A DNA stretch of 64,000 bases from Vulcanimicrobiota bacterium. GTDB lineage: Bacteria > Vulcanimicrobiota > Vulcanimicrobiia > Vulcanimicrobiales > Vulcanimicrobiaceae. Both the position numbers and the translations under genes were made by a program. This document shows, piece after piece, positions 46,735-57,383 of this stretch (position 1 is the first letter of the stretch; each line of letters begins with the position of its first letter). The stretch is from positions 96,001 through 160,000 of the forward strand of contig CAWAXX010000012.1 of the NCBI GenBank assembly GCA_963786105.1. Reading direction: 5' to 3'. The notes beneath the pieces are model-generated. The model did not search any database, was not told the DNA's origin, and worked only from the letters and a program-made list of their open reading frames with translations.

Positions 46735-48126
46735 ATGGAAATCGGCTGCCGCTGTCCACACGCGCCTTATTCGCACGCCGTCGTCGCCGAGGCTCGGCGC
46801 GTTCTCGGGCGGCGCGCCTTCCTTATGGGAACGGTTGCCGCCGGAACGACCCTCCTGTTACCGTGGCGAGCGCGAGCCGCCGACGGCGTGGTGGTGCTCA
46901 AAGCCGCGCGACTGTTCAACGGGCAATCGATGCAGTCGCCCGGCGTACTGGTCGTCGCCGGCGATCGCATCGTCTCGATGCACGCGGGCGATGCGGGAAG
47001 CGCCGCACCGGTCGTCGAGTTTGGCGATGCCACCATTATGCCCGGCCTTATCGACTGCCACACGCACGTTGCCGCCTTCGTGCTTCCGTCGTACTACCTG
47101 ACGACGATGTTCCCCAAGTATCGCGTTGCCGACAACGTCCCGGAAGCTACGATTTACAGCGTTCGCAACGCGCAAGCGATGCTGAAGAATGGATTCACGA
47201 CGATTCGTGACGTGGGCGGGGGCGCCGGCATCGATTTGGCGATCCGCGACGCCGTCAACGACGGAGCCATCGTCGGCCCGCGAATCTTCGCGGCGGGGCA
47301 AGCGCTCTCGATCACCGGCGGTCATGGCGATTCGAACGACGTTCCCGGTTGGGTCGAAGAGGATCCGACGGTGAAGGGCGGCGCGATTGCGTACGGCCCG
47401 TACGGTTTTCGCGAACTCGTACGGCAGCACGTGAAGTTACACGTCGATCACATCAAGATCTTGGCCACCGGCGGGGTACTTTCGTACGGTGACGTCTGGG
47501 ACATACCGCAGTTCAATCTCGACGAAGTGCAGGCGGTGGTCGAAGAATCCACCAAATTCCGGCGCAAGGTCGCGGCGCACGCCCACGGCGACCCGGGGAT
47601 ATCGGTTGCGGTCGAGGGGGGCGTGCACTCGGTCGAGCACGGTACCGGCGTAGGCGAGAAGACGCTGCATTCGATGCAGCAACGCGGCACCAACCTCGTG
47701 CCGACGATCTGGGCGCTCGACTCGATCTTACAGCCGGGGAATCCAAACCACATTCCCGCGCAATCGGTGCGTAAGGCCGAATATGCCGCACAGCTTCGCA
47801 ACGAAGGTATGCATCGCGCCATCGCGGCGAGCGTCACGATGGCGTACGGAACGGATGCCGGCGTTTTTCCGCACGCGCAAAACAATAAGGACTTCGCCCT
47901 GATGGTCGGATTGGGAATGCGACCGATCGACGTGTTGCGCTCCGCGACCGTCAACGCCGCCCGGCTCGTCGGCGCCGGCGACCGCGGCGCGCTCGAACCG
48001 GGGAAGCTGGCCGACGTCGTGGTCTTCAACGGCGACCCGCTCGCGCAGATCGGCCTGATGGAACGGCCGCCGGCGATGGTGATGCTGGGCGGTCAAAAAA
48101 TCGATCCGGCGCGACTTCCGAGCTAA
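46735..48126 (+). CDS. Tat-exported metal-dependent amidohydrolase (Xaa-Pro dipeptidase-like)
   Basis: GRRAFL Tat motif; MPGLIDCHTH, GFTTIRDVG, IKILATGG, AAHAHG, SVEHG, YGTDAG; GGAG SD before ATG 46735. Confidence 0.9.
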   Translation: MEIGCRCPHAPYSHAVVAEARRVLGRRAFLMGTVAAGTTLLLPWRARAADGVVVLKAARLFNGQSMQSPGVLVVAGDRIVSMHAGDAGSAAPVVEFGDATIMPGLIDCHTHVAAFVLPSYYLTTMFPKYRVADNVPEATIYSVRNAQAMLKNGFTTIRDVGGGAGIDLAIRDAVNDGAIVGPRIFAAGQALSITGGHGDSNDVPGWVEEDPTVKGGAIAYGPYGFRELVRQHVKLHVDHIKILATGGVLSYGDVWDIPQFNLDEVQAVVEESTKFRRKVAAHAHGDPGISVAVEGGVHSVEHGTGVGEKTLHSMQQRGTNLVPTIWALDSILQPGNPNHIPAQSVRKAEYAAQLRNEGMHRAIAASVTMAYGTDAGVFPHAQNNKDFALMVGLGMRPIDVLRSATVNAARLVGAGDRGALEPGKLADVVVFNGDPLAQIGLMERPPAMVMLGGQKIDPARLPS

Positions 48127-48227
48127 GGGGTATCGAGCGGGCGCAGGCTCCATCCGGGACCGGGCTTGGGCGGGGGCGGTCCGCCCCACGAGATTGGCGC
48201 TCGGCTGCGGGCTCGCCAGAGTACCCC
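48127..48227. mobile_element. MITE-like 101-bp fold-back flanked by CTAA direct repeats
   Basis: CTAA(48123-26)-GGGGTA...TACCCC-CTAA(48228-31); internal arms GCGGGC-GCAG/CTGC-GCTCGC and GGGGCG-GTC-CGCCCC. Confidence 0.35.
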
Positions 48228-48325
48228 CTAAGGTGGCACGTCCGCGCGGCGAAAGGGGTTAATAATGGGGACTGAAAACTTTGCGCTCCCCGCACTATTC
48301 GCGGAATTTCTATTGGGAGGAAATC

Positions 48326-49492
48326 TTGCCAACCGTTGTCGATCGGGGCCTCGAGGGCGTCGTCGTAGGATCTACCCAACTCAGTAACGTCGAAGGAACC
48401 ATCGGGCGTCTCACCTATCGCGGTTACGATATCGACGATCTCGCTCCCAGCGCGACCTTCGAAGAAATCGTCCACCTGCTGCTGCACGGCCACCTGCCGA
48501 ATCGCGCCGAACTCGAAACGCTCAAGCGCGAGCTGGGCTCGCGCCGCTCGCTGCCGGAGCCGTTGATCAGCGCGATGCAGAACGTTCCCAAGACGGCGTG
48601 GCCGATGGACGTGCTGCGAACGATCGTCAGCGGGCTCGGCCTGTTCTCTCCGGTCAACGCTCGCGGCGAGCATCTTTCCGACGTACATACGGCGATCGAG
48701 CTGATTGCGAAGATGCCGACCATCGTGGCGGCGTGGGACCGCATTCGTCGCGGGCTCGACGCGGTGGAACCGCGCGCCGACCTGTCGCAAGCCTCCAACT
48801 TTCTGTACATGCGCTCGGGCAAGATGCCGCACGCCATCGAGGCGGACGCGCTGGATACCTATTTCGTGCTGCTCGCCGACCATTCGTATAACGCGTCGAC
48901 CTTTGCCGCCCGCGTAACCGCCTCGACGCGCGCCGATTTGTACGCGTCGGTGACCGCAGCGCTCGCAACGCTGCAAGGGGATCTTCACGGCGGCGCAGCT
49001 ACCGCGTCGTTCCGGGCGCTAACCGAAGTCGGCGATCCGGAAAATGCGGAGACGTACGTGCGTGAAGCGCTGGCGCGCAACGAACGCATCATGGGTATGG
49101 GCCATCGCGAATACAAGGTTCGCGATCCACGCGCGCGTCACTTGGAAGCGATGGCGAAGAAGCTGGCCGAACAAGAAGGCAACACTCGGTGGTATGAGAT
49201 CGCCAAGGGCCTCGAAGACGCGAGCCGCAAGGTTCTGCAAGAGAAGAAACCCGACAATACCATTTATGCGAACGTCGACTTCTACACGGCTCCCGTACTC
49301 GCCGATTTGGGAATCCCGGGCGACGAGTTTACGTGCTTGTTCGCGTGCGGACGAATTGCCGGCTGGACGGGTCACGTCCTCGAACAACTCGCCGACAACC
49401 GTCTGATTCGACCTCAAGCCACCTACGAAGGGCCGCCGGCGGGACCGTTCGTTCCGATCGAAAAACGCGATGCCAACGGAGCAAGGAACTAA
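48326..49492 (+). CDS. Citrate synthase (type I / 2-methylcitrate synthase family)
   Basis: GLEGVV, LTYRGY, DHSYNAST, LHGGA, GMGHREYKVRDPR, NVDFY, NRLIRP; GGAGG SD before TTG 48326. Confidence 0.93.
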   Translation: MPTVVDRGLEGVVVGSTQLSNVEGTIGRLTYRGYDIDDLAPSATFEEIVHLLLHGHLPNRAELETLKRELGSRRSLPEPLISAMQNVPKTAWPMDVLRTIVSGLGLFSPVNARGEHLSDVHTAIELIAKMPTIVAAWDRIRRGLDAVEPRADLSQASNFLYMRSGKMPHAIEADALDTYFVLLADHSYNASTFAARVTASTRADLYASVTAALATLQGDLHGGAATASFRALTEVGDPENAETYVREALARNERIMGMGHREYKVRDPRARHLEAMAKKLAEQEGNTRWYEIAKGLEDASRKVLQEKKPDNTIYANVDFYTAPVLADLGIPGDEFTCLFACGRIAGWTGHVLEQLADNRLIRPQATYEGPPAGPFVPIEKRDANGARN

Positions 49493-49530
49493 GGTCCTCT
49501 GAAAGCGTCAACCTGTCGAGGCTCCCGAAC

Positions 49531-50250
49531 GTGATCGTAATTCCCGCGATCGATTTGCGCGGCGGGAAGTGCGTGCGCATGCAGCAGGGCGATCCGACGA
49601 CGACGTCGTCGTACGACGGGGACCCGGTAGAGCGAGCCAAAGCCTTCGTCGATGCGGGGGCCGAGCGGTTGCACGTGATCGATCTCGACGGTGCCTTTGG
49701 GTCGGGTGAAAACCTCGCCGCCGTGCAGGCCATTTGTGCCGCGGTCGACGTTCCGGTTCAAACCGGGGGCGGGTTGCGAGCGGTCAAGCATGCCGAGGCT
49801 GCGCTGGAGGCCGGCGCGGCGGAGATCATCATTGGCACGTTGCTGGTTGAAGACGAGCGTTTGTCGCGCCACATCATCGGGCGTTTCCCAGGGAAGGTGA
49901 TCGCGGGCATCGACGCGCGTGGCTCGCAAGTCGCGACCCACGGCTGGCAGGAGCGTACTCCGGTGGACCGCGATGCGCTCGTGCGCCGAGTCGCGCAGTG
50001 GGGAATCTCGCGCATCATCTTTACCGAGATCCGGCGCGATGGGATGGGCGAAGGCTACGACATCGATGCCCTCAACGCGGTCGCCGGCGTCGCCGGATTG
50101 GCGATCACCGCGAGCGGCGGCGCCCGTAACGTCGAAGACCTGCAAATCTTGAAACGCTCGGTGCCGCCGACGGTCGATTCGTGCATCGTCGGCAGCGCCT
50201 TGTACCAGGGGACGCTCGACCTGAAAGATGCCATTGCGGCCGTTGCCTGA
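49531..50250 (+). CDS. hisA: ProFAR isomerase (HisA)
   Basis: IPAIDLRGGKCVR, LHVIDLDGA, QTGGGLR, GIDARG, TEIRRDG, ASGG, IVGSALY. Confidence 0.9.
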   Translation: MIVIPAIDLRGGKCVRMQQGDPTTTSSYDGDPVERAKAFVDAGAERLHVIDLDGAFGSGENLAAVQAICAAVDVPVQTGGGLRAVKHAEAALEAGAAEIIIGTLLVEDERLSRHIIGRFPGKVIAGIDARGSQVATHGWQERTPVDRDALVRRVAQWGISRIIFTEIRRDGMGEGYDIDALNAVAGVAGLAITASGGARNVEDLQILKRSVPPTVDSCIVGSALYQGTLDLKDAIAAVA

Positions 50251-51402
50251 TTAAGGGCTCCCGGTTCGTTCTCTCTCCAGGTAAATGCGCGGGAGTTCTG
50301 CCGGAAGGCGCGCCACGATTTCGTAGTTGATCGTTTCGCACCAGTAGGCCCAATCGTCGGCACCGATGCAGGCGTCACCATCGTTTCCGATCAGCGTCAC
50401 CTTCGAGCCGGCGTGCGCGTTTGGGGCGTGCGACAGGTCGATTTCGGTAACGTTCATCGCGACGCGGCCGACGATCGGGCAACGGGCTCCGTCGACGAGG
50501 AATGCGCCGCGATTGGAAAGCGCGCGTGGCACGCCGTCGCCGTAGCCGGCCGGCACGACGCCGACGCGCATATCGCGCGGCGCGCGGTAACTCGTGCCAT
50601 AGCCGATCGGCGATCCGGCGGCCACCGGACGCACGACCACCAGCTCCGATTCGTACGAAAGGGCCGGCTCGAGCAGGATACCGTGCGAGTTCGAAGCTTC
50701 GCGCGTTTGCTTCGACGGCCATAAGCCGTACAAGGCGATGCCGAAACGCGAGAAATCGAGGCGCGTCTGCGGCCAGAGGATCGCCGCCGCCGAAGCCGCG
50801 ATGTGGCGCAGCGGGACGATTTGGCCTTTTTCGAACAGCGGCTCGGCCGACGCCAGCGCTCGCTCGAACGTCTCGAGCTGATGCATGGTAAACGGGGAAT
50901 CCAACTCTTCGGCGGAGGCCAGGTGCGAGAAGACGCCGGCGATGTGAAGTTCCGAAACGTGAAGGTAGTCTTCGACGGCGTCTACGAGTTCGTGCGGCTC
51001 GAAGCCCAAACGGTTCAAGCCGGTATTTACTTTGAGGTGCACCGGCGCGCGCGTCTGACGGTTGCGGGCGGCGTTAGCGAGCTTGCGCGCGAACTCGCCG
51101 GTGTCCCACAGGGCGAGGTCGAGCTTGGCGGCCATGGCGTCGTTCAGCGCGTCGAGCGGCACCGGCCCCAGCACCAGGATCGGTGCGGTGATTCCGCCGT
51201 CGCGCAAAGCGACGGCCTCTTCGAAGGTATACACGCAAATGCGGCGCGCGAAGGGTTCGGCCGCCAAAGCGACTTCCACTAAACCGTGACCGTAGGCGTT
51301 GGTTTTGACGACGAAGGCCGCGTGTTTGGGCCCGACCATGTCGCGCAGCATCTTGGCGTTGCGGCGAATCGCGCCGAGCGAGATGCGAAGCCGGCCGATC
51401 AC
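50251..51402 (-). CDS. alr: Alanine racemase
   Basis: VVKTNAYGHG (PLP Lys), HLKVNTGLNRLG, FSHLASAE, RFGIALYG, IGYG, GYGDG, TINYEI. GTG 51402 overlaps the upstream stop. Confidence 0.93.
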   Translation of the reverse strand: MIGRLRISLGAIRRNAKMLRDMVGPKHAAFVVKTNAYGHGLVEVALAAEPFARRICVYTFEEAVALRDGGITAPILVLGPVPLDALNDAMAAKLDLALWDTGEFARKLANAARNRQTRAPVHLKVNTGLNRLGFEPHELVDAVEDYLHVSELHIAGVFSHLASAEELDSPFTMHQLETFERALASAEPLFEKGQIVPLRHIAASAAAILWPQTRLDFSRFGIALYGLWPSKQTREASNSHGILLEPALSYESELVVVRPVAAGSPIGYGTSYRAPRDMRVGVVPAGYGDGVPRALSNRGAFLVDGARCPIVGRVAMNVTEIDLSHAPNAHAGSKVTLIGNDGDACIGADDWAYWCETINYEIVARLPAELPRIYLERERTGSP

Positions 51403-51881
51403 GTACCGTTCCGCAGCGGCAGCGCGCGCACGACGTAGGCGACCGGAAGGCCGAAAAATACCGCGCACGCGATGACCGCGTTGATGAACGCGTTGGGCGT
51501 CGGCGGATAGGTGAAGTTATTGTCTGCCAACAGAATGACTTGCACGATCGTGTAGACGATCAAACCGTAGACGATTCCCGAGACCATCCAGCGTTGCGTG
51601 GCCGCCGGGCGAGTCGCCGCGAGGTACGCGTACCCGCCCGCCCAGCCGATGCCGACGATCGCATGTATGGCGGCTCCGGCGACGGCGTAGGCGGGATTGG
51701 CGAGGGCGACCTTGCCGAGCACCGTGGACGCAACCCACTGCCACATGGGCACGACGCCGGTGCGTTGCGGCAGCAGCGTCGTGGCCCACAGGTAGAGATC
51801 GATCGAGGTCCCGCCCGCGATGCCCGCGACGACGCCTTGAAAAAGAATGTGGCGCCACGAAATTCGAGGGCGGGAAATCAT
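51399..51881 (-). CDS. Hypothetical 4-TM membrane protein
   Basis: Four hydrophobic segments; coupled to alr by GTGA. Confidence 0.7.
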   Translation of the reverse strand: MISRPRISWRHILFQGVVAGIAGGTSIDLYLWATTLLPQRTGVVPMWQWVASTVLGKVALANPAYAVAGAAIHAIVGIGWAGGYAYLAATRPAATQRWMVSGIVYGLIVYTIVQVILLADNNFTYPPTPNAFINAVIACAVFFGLPVAYVVRALPLRNGT

Positions 51882-51932
51882 GCGGTGGCATTCGCCCAGG
51901 CGCTCGCGTGGCCTGGGCGAATCGCTCCCGAA

Positions 51933-52634
51933 ATGGAACGCATCGACGACCACGTTCGCTGGATCGTCGCCGCGCCGGTTTACGCGTTAGCGTACGTGGT
52001 GGCGGCCGGCGCGTTTTGGTGGATGGCTCGGCGACGAGGCATGGCGACCGGCGCGATCGCTCGCATCATGGGCGCCGGCTTGATCGGCGGACTCGCGGGC
52101 GCGAACTTGTTTCAGCTTTTCGCGACGGGCCTTCCGGGCAAAACGATCGAAGGCGGCATCGTCGGTGGCTGGCTCGCGGTCGTGTTGGCGAAGCGCGCGC
52201 TGGGAGTGACGCGTCCAACCGGCGACCTGTTCGCACTGGCCATTCCCGCCGGCGAGGCGATCGGCCGGATCGCGTGTTTCATCGGCGGTTGCTGTTACGG
52301 CAAAGTGGCCGGCGTGGTTTGGGCCGTGCACGATCACGGTGCGTTGCGCCATCCCACGCAACTGTATTTGGCGTTAGCCGCAGCAACGTGCTTCGTCGTG
52401 CTGCTCGGCGTCGAGAAGCGCCTGCGATTGCCCGAGAACGGCCTATTCTACCTGGGCGGCATGCTGTTTTGCATCGATCGCTTTGCCGTCGAGTTCTTTC
52501 GCGACGTTGCCGCCACGCCGGCCGGACTCACCCTCGCGCAAATCGGGTGCTGCATTGGTTTTGCGGTGTTTGCTTGGAGGTTCGCAGCGCTCGGGAGCGC
52601 CGATCCGCGGCGCTTGGCCGGCGCGACGCGCTAA
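51933..52634 (+). CDS. Prolipoprotein diacylglyceryl transferase (Lgt) family protein, short variant
   Basis: GKTIEGG, GDLFA, AIGRIACFIGGCCYG, RHPTQLY, RFAVEFFR, GLTLAQ. Confidence 0.8.
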   Translation: MERIDDHVRWIVAAPVYALAYVVAAGAFWWMARRRGMATGAIARIMGAGLIGGLAGANLFQLFATGLPGKTIEGGIVGGWLAVVLAKRALGVTRPTGDLFALAIPAGEAIGRIACFIGGCCYGKVAGVVWAVHDHGALRHPTQLYLALAAATCFVVLLGVEKRLRLPENGLFYLGGMLFCIDRFAVEFFRDVAATPAGLTLAQIGCCIGFAVFAWRFAALGSADPRRLAGATR

Positions 52635-52637
52635 CGC

Positions 52638-52958
52638 ATGGAACCGCCCAAACCATCGGCCGGAGCGCTCATCGGCGGCATCGTGCTCGGCTTGGTTGCG
52701 GGAAGCACGCTGCTGACCTTTGGCGTCTTCTTCGTCATAGCCGCGCTCTTCTCGAGCAGTCTTGGGAATCGCATGTGGCCCGTCTTCGCCGTGGGCTACG
52801 TCGTCGCGGTCGCGATTGGCGCGTGGGGTCTCGTTCTCGGCCGCGTGCGCTCGAATTTTTGGACCGGCATGCTGATCGGTTCGGCAATCGGGATGCTCGG
52901 GGGTACCGCGCTGTGCAACGTGTTGATCGCCGGGATGAGCAACGGCGCCATGCGTTAG
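52638..52958 (+). CDS. Small membrane protein
   Basis: Three hydrophobic segments; starts 3 nt after the lgt-like stop. Confidence 0.65.
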   Translation: MEPPKPSAGALIGGIVLGLVAGSTLLTFGVFFVIAALFSSSLGNRMWPVFAVGYVVAVAIGAWGLVLGRVRSNFWTGMLIGSAIGMLGGTALCNVLIAGMSNGAMR

Positions 52959-53007
52959 GACCGAACCTCTAAGCAACCTTTACGGATCGAGCGATAGAAT
53001 GGTCTTC

Positions 53008-53301
53008 ATGATGCCCGACCGCTCCCTTGGGGAGCCGAATGATGTCGTCATCTGGGGCGCTTCGGGTCTGCTGGCGCTCCTGCTCGGGCTCGGGACGGCC
53101 TTTTTCCTCTGGCTTACGCTTCACCGAAGCGACCAGGCGATCGTCGCCCAAGGCGCCGTCGGCAGCCTGAGCCTCGGCCTCGTGCTGATCGGCCTTGGAG
53201 CCGAGCGACCGATGCCTCGGGTTTTCTTCGTTCTGCTGGCAGCGACGCTGGTGTTGGGCTACGCGCTGGGCGGTCCCGAGTTCGCCCGTATCGCACCTTA
53301 A
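53008..53301 (+). CDS. Small membrane protein (probably leaderless)
   Basis: Three hydrophobic segments; TAGAAT (52995-53000) 7 nt before ATG 53008. Confidence 0.6.
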   Translation: MMPDRSLGEPNDVVIWGASGLLALLLGLGTAFFLWLTLHRSDQAIVAQGAVGSLSLGLVLIGLGAERPMPRVFFVLLAATLVLGYALGGPEFARIAP

Positions 53302-53363
53302 GGCAGCCGCCGGGCGCCTTTGCGCCCTTCCAAATCGCGCTAACTATTCGAGCCGTCGGGGGC

Positions 53364-53393
53364 CTTGCACTCTCCCCTTTGGTCTGCTAAGAT
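53364..53393 (+). promoter_or_regulatory. CIRCE element 1 overlapping the groES promoter (-35 TTGCAC, -10 TAAGAT)
   Basis: CTTGCACTC-N9-GTCTGCTAA; TTGCAC-N17-TAAGAT. Confidence 0.8.
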
Positions 53394-53400
53394 TGCACGG

Positions 53401-53427
53401 CTGGCGCTCTCGCACCGAGAGTGCTAA
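53401..53427 (+). promoter_or_regulatory. CIRCE element 2 (HrcA operator)
   Basis: CTGGCGCTC-N9-GAGTGCTAA versus consensus TTAGCACTC-N9-GAGTGCTAA. Confidence 0.85.
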
Positions 53428-53462
53428 TGCCAATAGAGATAGCTGTTGGAGGTTGTTTTTCC

Positions 53463-53768
53463 GTGAATCTCAAGCCTTTGCACGATAACGTCGTTATCGA
53501 GCACGTCGAGCAAGACGACAAGACGACGGGCGGTATATTCCTGCCCGATACCGCTAAGGAGAAGCCCCAAGAGGGCGTCGTCCGGGCGGCCGGCGACGGC
53601 CGCGTGCTGGAAAACGGCACGAAGCTTGGTATGAGCGTCAAAGTCGGCGATCGCGTTCTGTATCGCAAGTACTCGGGCAGCGAAGTCAAGATCGACGGCA
53701 CCGAGTTCCTCATCATTCCCGAAAAAGATATCCTCGCGGTCGTAGACAAAGTTCCGGCCCGCGTCTAA
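53463..53768 (+). CDS. groES: Co-chaperonin GroES
   Basis: [47 protein letters not shown] before GTG 53463. Confidence 0.97.
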   Translation: MNLKPLHDNVVIEHVEQDDKTTGGIFLPDTAKEKPQEGVVRAAGDGRVLENGTKLGMSVKVGDRVLYRKYSGSEVKIDGTEFLIIPEKDILAVVDKVPARV

Positions 53769-53778
53769 GGAGTTTTGA

Positions 53779-55446
<1,668 letters not shown>

Positions 55447-55465
55447 CTCCCAACGGGGCTGCGGT

Positions 55466-55505
55466 ATGAAACGAGAGGGGCGTGAAAGCGCCCCTCTCTT
55501 CATTA
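55466..55505 (+). terminator. Intrinsic terminator after groEL
   Basis: GAGAGGGGCG-TGAAAG-CGCCCCTCTC followed by TTCATT. Confidence 0.8.
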
Positions 55506-55548
55506 ATTCCGAGGAAGGGCCGTCGTCGGGTAGGAAAATAGGAGGTTC

Positions 55549-57369
55549 ATGCCTTCGCGCTCGGTCAACGATTTCACCATTCGGGTGGCAACGGTCAACG
55601 GCTCCGGCAGCCAATCCTCAAATCTCGTCATCACCAACGCGATTCTCCGTCTCGGCATTCCGGTCGCGCCGAAGAACGTCTTCCCGTCGAACATCGAAGG
55701 GTTGCCGACGTGGTTCGACATTCGAGTGACCGCGAAGGGCTATCAATGCCGGACCCGCGACGTCGACGTGCTGGTCGCGCTAAACGCGACGACCTGGCAA
55801 TCCGACGTTACCGGCGTAAAGCCGGGCGGCGCGGTGCTACACGAAGCAGCCTTTCCCGTCGGCGGAGAGACCGCGCGCGATGACGTGACGTACTATGCCG
55901 TGCCGTTCGCGCAGCTTGCCAAAGAGCATTTCGCCGACAAAGGCGACCTCCGCAAGTACCTGATGAACATGATCTACGTGGGCGCGCTCGCGCATCTGCT
56001 GGAGATTCCCGAGGATACGCTCGAAGAGGGGCTCAAGGCGCAGTTTCGCAACAAGCCCGCGGCCGTGGATCTGAACATGAGCGCGGTTCGCGTCGGCATG
56101 GAATACGGCCGCGAAAACTTCGAAAAGCGCGACCCCTACCGGCTGGAGAGGATGACCGGCAAAACCGAGGGACTGCTGTTCTTGGAAGGCAATCGCGCTT
56201 CGGCGCTCGGCTGCGTGATGGGCGGCTGCACGGTGGCCGCCTGGTATCCGATCACGCCGTCGTCTTCGCTGTGCGAACATTTCATCGAGTATTGCGAGCG
56301 CTTTCGCGTCGATAAAGAAACCGGCGAGCACAAGTTCGCGATCCTGCAAGCCGAAGACGAACTCGCGGCCGCCGGCATGGTGTTTGGCGCGGGCTGGGCG
56401 GGCGCGCGCGCGATGACCTCGACGTCGGGTCCGGGGATTTCGCTGATGGCCGAATACGCCGGCTTCGGGTATTTCGCCGAGGTGCCGGGCGTAATTTTCG
56501 ACGTTCAACGCGCCGGACCGTCGACCGGACTGCCAACGCGCACGATGCAAGGCGACGTTGCGTTCGCCTATAACCTGTCGCACGGCGACACCAAGCACGT
56601 CGTTCTGTTGCCGGCCACCATCCGCGAAGCCTATGAGTTTGCGATGGAAGCTTTCGATTTTGCCGATCGTTTCCAAACCCCGGTGTTCGTGCTCAGCGAT
56701 CTCGATCTTGGAATGAATTCGTGGCTCGCGCCGCCGCTGCCGTATCCCGAGAAGTCATTCGAGCGGGGCAAAGTGTTAACCGCCGAGGACCTCAACCGCG
56801 TGCCGTCCTGGGGTCGCTATCGCGACGTCGACAAAGACGGGATTCCCTATCGAACCCTTCCCGGCACGAAGCACAGCAACGCCGGCTTCTTCACCCGCGG
56901 AACCGGTCACGACGAAGAAGCGCGCTATTCGGAACTGCCGGACGTCTGGAAACGCAACCTCGACCGGCTGGTCCGCAAACACGAAACGGCGCGCACCGCG
57001 GTACCGGCGCCGATTGTCGAGGGCAAAGGGCATCGCGTTGCCATTCTTGCCTACGGAACGACGCACCACGCCGTGGTCGAGGCCCGCGACCGCCTTCGTG
57101 AAGCCGGCCTCGAAGTCGACTATATGCGTGTCCGCGCCTTACCGCTCTCCCCGGAAATCGCGACCTTCATTCAGCGTCACGACCGGGTGTACGTCGTCGA
57201 GCAAAATCGCGACGGACAACTCTACGGAATACTGCGTACGGAACTCCCGACGCACTTGGTCCAGCGTCTGGAATCCATACGACACTACAACGGCGTGCCG
57301 ATCGACGCTCACGCCATCACTGACCCCTTGCTCGATGCCGAACGCGCACCGGCGGTGGTTGCGGAATGA
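55549..57369 (+). CDS. korA: 2-oxoacid:ferredoxin oxidoreductase subunit alpha (gamma-alpha fusion)
   Basis: NGSGSQS, WYPITPSS, QAEDELAA, TSTSGPGISLM, QRAGPSTGLPT, VEQNRDGQL. Confidence 0.9.
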   Translation: MPSRSVNDFTIRVATVNGSGSQSSNLVITNAILRLGIPVAPKNVFPSNIEGLPTWFDIRVTAKGYQCRTRDVDVLVALNATTWQSDVTGVKPGGAVLHEAAFPVGGETARDDVTYYAVPFAQLAKEHFADKGDLRKYLMNMIYVGALAHLLEIPEDTLEEGLKAQFRNKPAAVDLNMSAVRVGMEYGRENFEKRDPYRLERMTGKTEGLLFLEGNRASALGCVMGGCTVAAWYPITPSSSLCEHFIEYCERFRVDKETGEHKFAILQAEDELAAAGMVFGAGWAGARAMTSTSGPGISLMAEYAGFGYFAEVPGVIFDVQRAGPSTGLPTRTMQGDVAFAYNLSHGDTKHVVLLPATIREAYEFAMEAFDFADRFQTPVFVLSDLDLGMNSWLAPPLPYPEKSFERGKVLTAEDLNRVPSWGRYRDVDKDGIPYRTLPGTKHSNAGFFTRGTGHDEEARYSELPDVWKRNLDRLVRKHETARTAVPAPIVEGKGHRVAILAYGTTHHAVVEARDRLREAGLEVDYMRVRALPLSPEIATFIQRHDRVYVVEQNRDGQLYGILRTELPTHLVQRLESIRHYNGVPIDAHAITDPLLDAERAPAVVAE

Positions 57370-57383
57370 GGCTTCTCTAAGTA

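Noticed and set aside
49531..50250. hisA separated from other his genes
   Set aside because: Dispersed his genes are common, and I saw no convincing evidence of PriA-type bifunctionality.
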